From Vulcanimicrobiota bacterium (GTDB lineage: Bacteria > Vulcanimicrobiota > Vulcanimicrobiia > Vulcanimicrobiales > Vulcanimicrobiaceae), in the NCBI GenBank assembly GCA_963723515.1, contig CAVRQT010000001.1, positions 32,001 through 96,000 of the forward strand: a DNA stretch of 64,000 nt, in the 5' to 3' direction. The notes under the pieces were generated by a model that saw nothing but the letters and a program-made list of their open reading frames with translations, was not told the DNA's origin and searched no databases. Position 1 is the stretch's first letter. Each line of letters opens with the position of its first letter. Position numbers and translations under genes: made by a program. Below are positions 29,672 through 38,795 of this stretch, one piece after another.

Positions 29672-30717
29672 TACATCCGGCACAAGCGGTCGCTCGACCG
29701 CAGATCCGTGAGGTTTTGCGCGCCGACGCAGAACATCGCAATGCGCAGGGTTTGCACGATTTCACGTGCGCAATCGTCGCCCGCAACGCTCCCTTGCGCG
29801 GCTGCTTTCAAGAACGGCGCCGCAACGCCGGCCAGATCCGCGCCGAGCGCAATCGCCTTCGCGACGTCGATTCCGTCGCGGATGCCGCCGCTTGCGAAGA
29901 TTAGCTGAGATGGCGCCGCAGCGCGCGCGGCGATAAGACAATCCGCCGTCGGGATGCCCCATGTCGCAAAGGCGCCCGCCACGCGCGCGCGCCACGGCTC
30001 AGAAAGGCGATGCCGCTCGACTTCACTCCAGGATGTTCCGCCTGCGCCGGCCACATCCACCGCGCTGACGCCCGCATCAAAGAGCGCCTTGGTAACGTCC
30101 GCTGAAAGTCCCCAGCCCACTTCCTTCACAACGACGGGCACATCGATTGCCTTGCAGACCGCTTCGATCTGAAAGAGCAAGCCGCCAAAAACCGTGTCGC
30201 CCTCCGACTGTACCGCCTCTTGCAGCGGATTGAGATGCAGAATCAGCGCATCGGCCTGCAATAATTCGACAATCTTCGCGCATTGGGAGGCTGCGTACCC
30301 GCGATTCAATTGCACGGCGCCAAGATTCGCAAAGAGCAAGGCGTCCGGCGCGATGCCGCGCACATCGAAGGTTGCCAGCAGTTCAGGATGTTCGAGAAGC
30401 GCGCGACCGGAGCCGAGGCCCATCGCGAGCCGGTGCTCTTGTGCCACCGATGCCAATGTGCGATTGATCGCCTGCGCCTCCGGCGTACCGCCGGTCATGC
30501 TGGAAATCAGAACCGGCGCGTTCAACGTGCGTCCGTAAAGCTCGCAGGCTGTGCTGACTTGATCGAGATCGATTTCCGGCAGAGCGCAGTGGCGAAAACG
30601 GAAGGCTTCAAAACCGTTTGTGATTCCTTTTGAACGCACATCCTGCTCGAGATTGATTCGCAGATGATCTGCTTTGCGCGACGGAGTTCCGTCGACTTCT
30701 TTCTCGAGGCGTCTCAC
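29671..30717 (-). CDS. fni: Type 2 isopentenyl-diphosphate delta-isomerase
   Basis: RKADHL; ISSMTGG; HLNPLQE..Q.EGD; VKEVGWG; AGAGGTSW; ASGGIR. Confidence 0.95.
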   Translation of the reverse strand: MRRLEKEVDGTPSRKADHLRINLEQDVRSKGITNGFEAFRFRHCALPEIDLDQVSTACELYGRTLNAPVLISSMTGGTPEAQAINRTLASVAQEHRLAMGLGSGRALLEHPELLATFDVRGIAPDALLFANLGAVQLNRGYAASQCAKIVELLQADALILHLNPLQEAVQSEGDTVFGGLLFQIEAVCKAIDVPVVVKEVGWGLSADVTKALFDAGVSAVDVAGAGGTSWSEVERHRLSEPWRARVAGAFATWGIPTADCLIAARAAAPSQLIFASGGIRDGIDVAKAIALGADLAGVAAPFLKAAAQGSVAGDDCAREIVQTLRIAMFCVGAQNLTDLRSSDRLCRM

Positions 30718-30779
30718 CTGACGACCATCCCTCAATTCCTGAAAATGCTCCTGCACCAGCGGCGCGAATAGGAGCGCGC

Positions 30780-31616
30780 ATGCGCATCGGTTCTCCCGAA
30801 CATCGCGACCTTTTTTGCCGGTGGTTTATCGGAACGCACACGGCGTACGAGCCGGAGGAGCTTCCGTGGCCGGAGCTGGATGAGGATTCGCTGCAGTTGC
30901 TGCGCTCGATTCCGATTTGGAGCATGGCCTTGCAGGTTGAGTTAAACGCGGGCGTGATGGTCAACGGCTTTGCGAAGGGGCAAAGCGACGCGGTCATTCG
31001 CGAGGCGGTCGCATTGCAGGGTTATGAGGAAAATCGGCACGCGCGCATGATCGCCACGCTTGTCGACCGTTACCAATTACAGGCAGTGCGCGAGGAGCCG
31101 TCGGTCAATCCAACGCGCCGCGCCTTCATCGATTTCGGTTACAACGAATGTTTGGACTCCTTTTTCGGCTTCGGAATATTTCGGCTTGCGCGCGAAGCAC
31201 GGATTCTGCCGGAGAGCTTGACGTCGTTGTTCTCAAGGGTGCTCTACGAAGAAGCTCGTCACATCGTCTTTTTCGTCAATTGGATCGCGTACGAGCGGGC
31301 GGTGCGGGGCTATGGGTCGCTGAAGAATACGGCGGCCACCGCGCTCGGATACGTTCGCGCGCTGATGAAGACGATCGGGCGAGCCAAAGAGGCCAAGCCA
31401 CAGAGCGGCGTCTACAATGCGCCGGACGTCATCAAAGGGTTGACGTTCAGCGCATTTCTGCAGGCATGTTTGACCGAAAACGATGCGAACATGGCCAACT
31501 TTGATTCCGATCTCTTGCGGCCGCGCGTCATTCCGGCAATCGCGCAGTCGGTCTTAAGCGTCATTCAAACAGGCGGACGGATCAAGGAATTGGCGCGCGC
31601 CCGCGCGACCCGTTAG
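30780..31616 (+). CDS. Ferritin-like (di-iron carboxylate) protein
   Basis: Two EExxH motifs (YEENRHA, YEEARHI) plus intervening Glu residues; SD AGGAG. Confidence 0.8.
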   Translation: MRIGSPEHRDLFCRWFIGTHTAYEPEELPWPELDEDSLQLLRSIPIWSMALQVELNAGVMVNGFAKGQSDAVIREAVALQGYEENRHARMIATLVDRYQLQAVREEPSVNPTRRAFIDFGYNECLDSFFGFGIFRLAREARILPESLTSLFSRVLYEEARHIVFFVNWIAYERAVRGYGSLKNTAATALGYVRALMKTIGRAKEAKPQSGVYNAPDVIKGLTFSAFLQACLTENDANMANFDSDLLRPRVIPAIAQSVLSVIQTGGRIKELARARATR

Positions 31617-31620
31617 CGCG

Positions 31621-32494
31621 ACTGCTCGAACGCTGATCGTCTCTGCGGATGACTTCGGCCTGAGCGCCGAGGTCAACGAAGCGATCGAACGCGCGCATAG
31701 CGACGGCATTCTTCGCGCGGCGAGTCTCATGGTGTCGGCGCCGGCAACCGCCGATGCGGTCGAGCGGGCGCACCGTTTGCCGGAACTGCGCGTCGGATTG
31801 CATTTGGTGCTCGTTAACGGCCGGGCGACCTTACCGCCGGAGCGAGTTCCCGACTTGGTCGATGAAGACGGCAATTTTTCGAGCGACCTGGGTGGCGCCG
31901 GCGTGCGATATTTCTTCGACCGCCGCGCGCGCCGGCAACTCGAAGCGGAGATTCGCGCGCAATTTGAGGCCTTTGCACGCACCGGTTTAGCGCTCGACCA
32001 CGTCAACGCGCAAAATCATCTGCACGTGCATCCCACGATTCTTACGTCGATCATGCGGATCGGCGCCGGAGTACGGCATGCGCTCCGTGCGCGTGCCGCG
32101 TGAGCCGTTCTTTGCATCCTGGTCGGCAAGCCATGACCGGCTCTGGCCGCGCTTTGCCAACGCGTTCTTTCTTTGGCCCTGGCTCACGCTAATGCACTGG
32201 CGGCTAAAACGCGCGGGCCTGAAGACGAACGATTTTGTTTTCGGAATGAACGATAGCGGTCGAATGACATCCCAGCGCGTGCTCGCGTTTCTGGCCCATC
32301 TCCCGCGCGGCATCTGCGAGATGTACTTTCATCCCGCGACCGAGCCGTGGCCGGACATCGAGCGCGCGATTGCGGAGTATCAATTCGGCGAGGAGCTGCG
32401 CGCGCTGACGAGCCCCGACGTCGCTGCTGCGGTGCGCCGTTTGGGGCTGGTGCCCGTCGCATTCAGCGATGTCGTTGAGAAATATGCTGCGTAG
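31621..32494 (+). CDS. hpnK: Hopanoid-associated deacetylase HpnK (YdjC/ChbG family); frameshift near 32068, start codon unclear
   Basis: LIVSADDFGL; AASLMV; VGLHLVL; DHVNAQNHLHVHP; EMYFHP; ELRALTSP. Confidence 0.85.
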
Positions 32495-33633
32495 ATTGCT
32501 GCGCGTTGCAGCGCTCGCCGCAAGCGTTACGGGGATCGGATACCTTGCGGTTGCGCGCCGCTGCGTTGCAGACTTTCAAGAGCGCTTGCCCGACTGCCGG
32601 CGGCGCGCAGCCGCCGGTAACGATTTTCAAACCGCTGCGGGGCGACGAACCGGAGCTCTACGAAAACTTGCGCTCGTTCTGCGAACAGGATTATCACGAC
32701 TTTCGCGTCATCTTCGGCGTCGCGGATGCGGGCGATCCGGCGCTTGCGATCGCTCAGCGCGTGCGCGATTCGCTGCCCGGCCGCGACATCGTCATCTCCG
32801 TTGGCGCAGACACCTCGCCCAATCCGAAAGTCGCCAATCTCTCGCGCATGTCGGCGCAAGCTCGAGGCGACATCTTTGTGATCGCGGATAGCGATATGCG
32901 CGTCGACCGGAGGTATCTCCGTGCGATCGTGGCGTCATTTGATGATGAGCGGATCGGCGCGGTGACATGCTTGTACCGTGCCGTTGCCTGCAATGGAGTC
33001 GCATCGACGCTCGGCGCAATGTACGTCAACGCCTACTTTGCGCCGTCGGTGCTGGTCGCGTGCAAATTGCAAGCGATCGGCTTTGCGCTCGGCGCCACGA
33101 TCGCGGTGCGCCGCAGCATCTTCGAAGCGTCCGGCGGCTTCGAAGCGCTTGGGTCGCATTTGGCGGATGATTACGAGCTCGGCCGGCGCACGCAAGAAGC
33201 GGGATACGAAGTGCGCCTCTCGCGCTATGTCGTCGAGAACGTTGTCGTGGAGCCGACATTGGGCGCATTAACGCACCATGAATTGCGGTGGGCGCGTACG
33301 ATCTCGGCAGTGCAGCCGATCGGTTATGCACTCTCCGGAATCACTTTTGCGTTCGCCTGGGCGCTGCTCTATCTGCTTCTTGGCGGAAATCGTCGTCGCG
33401 GGTTTCTCTTGGCGGCCGTTGCGCTTGCGTCACGTATCGCGCTGCAAAGGAACGCGTACGAGGCGCTGGGGTTGCAACGACAAGATCCACTTTGGCTGGC
33501 GCCGGCACGCGATGTGCTTGCGTTTGCGATTTGGGCGGCAAGTTTCATCGGACGTAAGGTGACTTGGCGCGAACAGACGCTCGAGCCGGATCGCCGCGGC
33601 CAACTGAAGACACCAGAACGCGCGCCAAGATGA
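32484..33633 (+). CDS. hpnI: Bacteriohopanetetrol glucosamine glycosyltransferase HpnI (frameshift near 32600)
   Basis: PVTIFKPLRG; NPKVANL; IADSD; LADDYELG; HELRWARTI; adjacent to hpnK. Confidence 0.85.
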
Positions 33634-34829
33634 CGACCCTCCGCCCTTTCAGGCTGCGCAGAGCGACGCTCATCAACCTTTTCTGGATTCCGTTATCGCT
33701 GCAGGATGCCGCCGTCATGGCGATCGCGGTGCCTGCAAAATTGCTGCAACTTTCGCCGGTCAACTACCGTCACGATCTGGCGGTCATTGCCAGCGGCGTC
33801 GCGTTTGCCGCGATGGTCGTTCCCGCAGTTGCCGGCGCGCTCTCGGATTGGCTGCATCGCCGCGGCATCGACCGGCGCGGACTGATCCTTGCCGGCGCGC
33901 TCGTCGATGCGCCGGCACTCTGCCTCGCCGGTTTGACGAACTCGATGACCACGTTCATCGTGCTGCTCGTCATCTCGACGATCGGCTTCAACGTCAGCAT
34001 TGCGGCCTATCAGGCGGTGATCCCCGACGTCGTGCCGCGTCAGTCGTGGGGTCTTGTATCAGGCGTTCGCGGCGCTGCGGCGCTCGTGGGCACCATCATC
34101 GGACTTGCAATTGCCGGGACAACGAGTCCGCGGATCGCATTCTTGGCGATCGGCGTCTTGATCGGTGCCGGCGTCTTGACGTTGCTGCTGCTCGATGAAC
34201 GGCCGGCAACGGACCAAGAAGCGGCCGCTCGCGTCAAAGATTGGCACGATTTCATCCTCGTCTTCATCGCACGTGGTTTTGTCGTCTTCGGTCTGACGAT
34301 CCTGACGACGTTCGTGCTCTATTTCTTTCGCGACGTACTGCACAATGCGAATCCATCCGGCGGAACAGGACTCGTCGCCGGATGCTCGGTTTTTGGCGCG
34401 CTGCTCTCGAGCGTTTGGCTGGGTATCATCTCCGACCGAGCACCGCGCAAGCTCGTGGCCGCATTGTCATGCGTGCCGATGGCGATTGCTGGATTCGGCT
34501 TTGCGCTCGTTCCGTCGGAGAGCTGGATCCTGGCTTTCGGCGGACTCTTTGGCATTGGTTTCGGCGGCGCGCTTTCGACGGGATGGGCGCTCGGACTGGA
34601 AAGCGTTCCCCAGATGCGCGATGTTGCGCGTGATCTCGGTCTTTGGGGGATTGCATCGAATCTTCCGTCCGTTCTTGCGCCGCTGTGCGGTGGTTGGATT
34701 CTTGCACGAACCGGCGGTTCGTTGGAAGGGTATCGTTTCGTCTTTGCATCCGCGGGCGTGGCTTTCGCACTGGCGACTGGTGCAATTTTAGCAACGCGAG
34801 GAGCAGCATCGGTCGTGACGCGAACATAG
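33630..34829 (+). CDS. MFS transporter
   Basis: GALSDW..RR and GIISDR..RK motif-A loops; about 12 TM segments. Confidence 0.88.
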   Translation: MTTLRPFRLRRATLINLFWIPLSLQDAAVMAIAVPAKLLQLSPVNYRHDLAVIASGVAFAAMVVPAVAGALSDWLHRRGIDRRGLILAGALVDAPALCLAGLTNSMTTFIVLLVISTIGFNVSIAAYQAVIPDVVPRQSWGLVSGVRGAAALVGTIIGLAIAGTTSPRIAFLAIGVLIGAGVLTLLLLDERPATDQEAAARVKDWHDFILVFIARGFVVFGLTILTTFVLYFFRDVLHNANPSGGTGLVAGCSVFGALLSSVWLGIISDRAPRKLVAALSCVPMAIAGFGFALVPSESWILAFGGLFGIGFGGALSTGWALGLESVPQMRDVARDLGLWGIASNLPSVLAPLCGGWILARTGGSLEGYRFVFASAGVAFALATGAILATRGAASVVTRT

Positions 34830-34835
34830 AAGTCC

Positions 34836-35360
34836 GTGAAAACGTCGCGGGCTTTATTTTTGTTGGTCCTCTTCGTGCTCGCGGCGATCGTTGCATGGGT
34901 CATCGTGCAACAGCACAACCGCACCGCGCTCAGCGAACGCATCACCGTGTACTATACGAAGCTTGACGGAACGACCGAAGTTCCGTGGACGATCACCGTG
35001 CGTCCGCAGGCGCCGGGTGAATCGGCGATTGAACGGTTGCACAACGTGGCGCTTTACGCGGCGGTGCAAGCCGTCGCCGGGCCGTCGAGCACGATCGATG
35101 CCATTCGGTTCCCACCTGGAACGCACGTGCGGTCGATTGTCGTTGATGGTTCAACGGCAGTCGTCGACCTCTCCGGCGAGGTCCGTTCAGCGGTCGGCGG
35201 CAGCCTTGGAGAATCCGGTGAATTTAAGTCGCTCGTTTGGACGTTGACCGGACTGCCGGGAATCAACGCGGTCGGTGTTCTTGTTAATGGGGAACGCCTC
35301 GATGCGTTGCCCGGAGGTCATCTTGCGCTCGATACGCCTTTGCGCCGTTCGGACTGGTAG
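34836..35360 (+). CDS. GerMN-domain protein
   Basis: GP....FPPGT.V....V.G.TA.VDLS; LVWTLT..PGI..V..LVNG. Confidence 0.85.
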   Translation: MKTSRALFLLVLFVLAAIVAWVIVQQHNRTALSERITVYYTKLDGTTEVPWTITVRPQAPGESAIERLHNVALYAAVQAVAGPSSTIDAIRFPPGTHVRSIVVDGSTAVVDLSGEVRSAVGGSLGESGEFKSLVWTLTGLPGINAVGVLVNGERLDALPGGHLALDTPLRRSDW

Positions 35361-37221
35361 CGCGGCCCTGATCGCCGCGATGCTGGTGCTTGCTGCGGCG
35401 AATGTGGCTCGCGCAGCAGCGCCGGCACCGAGTTACTGGTTCGGCAAGCAACGGCTCACATTCACTCGGATCATCCCCCAGAAGAACGATGCAGCCATTG
35501 CGCTGCACGATGCGGCGTTGCAGGCCTTGCTTTCAAAGCTTGGCGTCGCCGTCGCGTGGAGTCCAGGTGAGCGCTACGTCTTGCTGACGACGCCTGAGCC
35601 GCGCATCATCAGCTTTTCAATCGGTGACCCGCGATACGATCTCGAGGACGTCTCGGCGCAAGCGCCGTTCGCGCCGTTCGTGCGTGACAACGACGTGTAT
35701 CTGCCGATGCAGACCCTGTTGCGCGCGCTGTATTTGGAACCGAAGAACGATCGCGGACAAATGGTGTTGCAACCACAGATCGCAGTCGCTGACATCCAGT
35801 CGACACGCGACGGCTCGCTGCTCGTCGTGCATGCGGCTCTTCCGCCCCACGCGAAAAAAGTGTCCGCGCCGCCGGGCCGCGTCATCTACGACTTTCCGGG
35901 TTTCGGCAGCACGCTGCAGCGCAGCCGTAAGATGCGCGATTCAGCGATTTCTGAACTGGACGTGCAGATGGGCGGAACGACGCGCGATCCCGACACGCGC
36001 GTCACGGTCGTGCTCGCGCCGCATGCGCGCGCCGACGACGGGCAAACCGGTCAGCATCTCGACTTCTCGCTTGCGCTGCACGGTGGTCCGCCGGCATTCC
36101 GATATCCCGCGCCGCCCTCACCACCGCCGCCGATAAGAGAGAGCACGCCGACGCCGGAGCCGACACCCCCGGAGGAGTCGCCCCAGCCAACTGCAGCCTC
36201 AATGGCAACGGTCACCGACGTCAACGCGCAGCCGGGCGAGGGCGAATTCAATCTGCAGATCGCCGTTGAGGGAAACGCGAACTATGAATGGCATCGTCTT
36301 CTCGACGACCGCTGGTATGTTGACATCCATCCGGCGCAATTGCGCAGCGGACCGCGAGACGAATCGCCGTCTTCGCCGCAAGTTGCGTCGCTGCGTGTGC
36401 ACCAACTGTCGAACGACACGGTTCGCGTCGCGCTCACGCTGAGCGGACAAAAAGAAGTCGACGTCGTGCCTTCGCAAAGCGGGCTTGCGATTTCGGTTAA
36501 AGATATGCCGGCTGATATCGCGACGCGCACCGGTTCGGGAACGATTGGTGAAGCAGCGGCCGCCGCGCCGTCCCCAGCGCCTTCGGGTTGGAAGTATGCT
36601 CCGACCAGCGGCCCATCGTCGGTGGCGACGAATCCGCGCTTGATCGTCATCGATCCGGGCCACGGCGGCAGCGACACGGGCGCTCAAAACAGCGGGCTCA
36701 TGGAAAAGCAAATCACGCTGGACATCTCATCGCGTTTGCGATCGATCTTGACGGTACGCGGCTGGGAAGTGCGCATGACGCGCGCGGGAGATTCCGACGT
36801 CTATGGCCCCGGCGCATCCGATCGCGATGAATTGCAAGCGCGCGTCGACGTCGCAAACAATGGCGGCGCCAGGCTCTTCGTGTCGATTCACGTCAATAGC
36901 TTCGGCAACAGTCGTCCAAGCGGGACGACGACGTATTACTACAAACCGGAAGACCTCGCGTTTGCAAGTGCAATCCACCATCGCCTAGTCTCCGAAGATC
37001 TCGGAACGAAGGACGACGGCGTCATCAAAGAGAGTCTCTACGTCGTGCACCACACGACGATGCCGGCGGTTCTCGTCGAAACCGCATTCCTTTCGAATCC
37101 TGACGATCGCGCGCTATTGCGCTCGCCGGATTGGTTGCAGAAAGTTGCCCGCGCGATAGCGGACGGCATCACGGATTTCGCCGGCGCACCACGCAGAAAT
37201 CAGCCGAGCGTTCAGCGGTAG
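35275..37221 (+). CDS. N-acetylmuramoyl-L-alanine amidase with AMIN-like domain and Pro-rich linker (true start probably near 35380)
   Basis: VIDPGHGGSDTGA; EK.ITL; MTR; FVSIHVNS; PAVLVETAFLSN. Confidence 0.9.
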   Translation: MFLLMGNASMRCPEVILRSIRLCAVRTGSAALIAAMLVLAAANVARAAAPAPSYWFGKQRLTFTRIIPQKNDAAIALHDAALQALLSKLGVAVAWSPGERYVLLTTPEPRIISFSIGDPRYDLEDVSAQAPFAPFVRDNDVYLPMQTLLRALYLEPKNDRGQMVLQPQIAVADIQSTRDGSLLVVHAALPPHAKKVSAPPGRVIYDFPGFGSTLQRSRKMRDSAISELDVQMGGTTRDPDTRVTVVLAPHARADDGQTGQHLDFSLALHGGPPAFRYPAPPSPPPPIRESTPTPEPTPPEESPQPTAASMATVTDVNAQPGEGEFNLQIAVEGNANYEWHRLLDDRWYVDIHPAQLRSGPRDESPSSPQVASLRVHQLSNDTVRVALTLSGQKEVDVVPSQSGLAISVKDMPADIATRTGSGTIGEAAAAAPSPAPSGWKYAPTSGPSSVATNPRLIVIDPGHGGSDTGAQNSGLMEKQITLDISSRLRSILTVRGWEVRMTRAGDSDVYGPGASDRDELQARVDVANNGGARLFVSIHVNSFGNSRPSGTTTYYYKPEDLAFASAIHHRLVSEDLGTKDDGVIKESLYVVHHTTMPAVLVETAFLSNPDDRALLRSPDWLQKVARAIADGITDFAGAPRRNQPSVQR

Positions 37222-37237
37222 GCTAGTGGCGCACTAA

Positions 37238-38011
37238 GTGCTGGGCATATTTGATTCCGGGTTAGGCGGGCTCTCCGTCGTGCGCCGCCTCAAAGAGCGC
37301 TTGCCGCACCACGAGCTGCTCTTCTTTGCCGATCAAGCGCACGTGCCGTACGGCGATCGAGAGCCGAACGACCTCGCCGCGCTTCTTGGAAAAAACGTTC
37401 GTTTCCTGAATGATGCGGGGGCTTCGATGATTGTGGTCGGCTGCAACACATCGTGCGCGATCGCGCAGCGTTTCGGCTGGCCGCAGTCAAGAGCACCGAT
37501 CGTCGATCTGATCGAATCGGCGGCGCGGGCGGTCGCTCGCGAGCAGTTCGATCGCGTCGGCGTCGTGGCGACGAATGCAACGGTGAACGCGAAGGCCTAC
37601 ACACGTGCGATTCAGGCGCATCACGCCGGCGCGACGGTGGTCGAGGTCGCCGCTCCGGCACTCGTCCCGCTCGTCGAAGCCGGCAAAGCCGGCACGCAAG
37701 AAGCGCATGAAGCGGTCGCTGAAGTCTGCGCACAGTTGCCGCGCAATTTGGATGCGGTGATCTTGGCGTGCACGCATTATCCCATTTTGGATTTACACTT
37801 TGCGGATGCGCTCGGCGAGGATGTCGTTCGGATCGATCCGGCCATCGAACAAGCGGAGCGCGCCGCCGAGCTCGCCGTTGCAAACGGAATCGCTCGCGGC
37901 GTTGCGCCGACAAGTTACGTGACGAGCGGCGATGTAGAACGTTTTGGTATCGCGGTGCGCATGATCATGGGCGAATTTGAACCCAACGTGAGGTCGGTCG
38001 CGCTCGTTTAG
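37238..38011 (+). CDS. murI: Glutamate racemase
   Basis: GIFDSGLGGLSV; PYG; GCNT; LACTHYP. Confidence 0.96.
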   Translation: MLGIFDSGLGGLSVVRRLKERLPHHELLFFADQAHVPYGDREPNDLAALLGKNVRFLNDAGASMIVVGCNTSCAIAQRFGWPQSRAPIVDLIESAARAVAREQFDRVGVVATNATVNAKAYTRAIQAHHAGATVVEVAAPALVPLVEAGKAGTQEAHEAVAEVCAQLPRNLDAVILACTHYPILDLHFADALGEDVVRIDPAIEQAERAAELAVANGIARGVAPTSYVTSGDVERFGIAVRMIMGEFEPNVRSVALV

Positions 38012-38029
38012 CGACGACGTTCTACGCGG

Positions 38030-38701
38030 CTACAGCTTGGTCACATGGAACAGCTGGAAGAACAGGCCGACTGAGAACGTTGCGAGCGCTGCGCCGGCGA
38101 CGACCTGCATGATCGTGTGCGCGCGCAAATAGACGCGCGCCCAACACACCATCGGAATCAACACCAAGAACGGCAACGGCTCGCGCCCGTACAGCAAACA
38201 GAGGACGACGAGGGGCGCAGTGATGCCGAGAGCATGGGTGCTGATCTTCCAATACCGGGTGATGTATTGGACGACGATCGTGCTGAGCGTGTAACCGGCA
38301 AGCGTCGCGATCAACAGACGCGGTGAGTGCATCAACCACAGCACGGCCGTTCCGGCGATATAAAAGATCACCACCGCTCCGAAGATACGCTCGCGTTCCA
38401 AGCGATTCGACATCTCGAGATCGGTGATGCGATCCGTCGAGTACATCCAGAAGATGAAGAGCATCGGCCCGATCGACGTGAAGAACGCGGTGAGAAACGC
38501 GAGCCACCAAAATGAAAGCGTGCTCGTGCTCGCCAGGGCATGAGCGAGGATCACGCAGAGTGCGAGCGCGCACAAGAACGGATTGAAGATGGTCGAGAGA
38601 ATCCGTGCTAGGTCGCGCCAGACATCACGCCGCTTGCGCAACGCGACCGGGGCTGCGGAGCTTGTCCTGAGCGAAGTCGAAGGGCCGCCTGTCCGCTCCA
38701 T
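38030..38701 (-). CDS. PAP2-like integral membrane protein with a repeat-derived N-terminal peptide
   Basis: SD GGGAGA before ATG 38701; WKISTH and WARVYLRAHT..QVVAG motifs. Confidence 0.75.
   Translation of the reverse strand: MERTGGPSTSLRTSSAAPVALRKRRDVWRDLARILSTIFNPFLCALALCVILAHALASTSTLSFWWLAFLTAFFTSIGPMLFIFWMYSTDRITDLEMSNRLERERIFGAVVIFYIAGTAVLWLMHSPRLLIATLAGYTLSTIVVQYITRYWKISTHALGITAPLVVLCLLYGREPLPFLVLIPMVCWARVYLRAHTIMQVVAGAALATFSVGLFFQLFHVTKL
38658..38686 (+). repeat. REP-like hairpin repeat inside the 5' end of the PAP2-like gene
   Basis: GAGCTTGTCCTGAGCGAAGTCGAAGGGCC; reads [10 protein letters not shown] on the minus strand. Confidence 0.85.
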
Positions 38702-38795
38702 TGCGGCGTCTCTCCCAATCGCGGCAGGGAAATCCTCGCATTCGAGGCCTTCGGGCAACGGACGCGCCGCCGCCTGCGTCGAACGAGGGCGGCCA

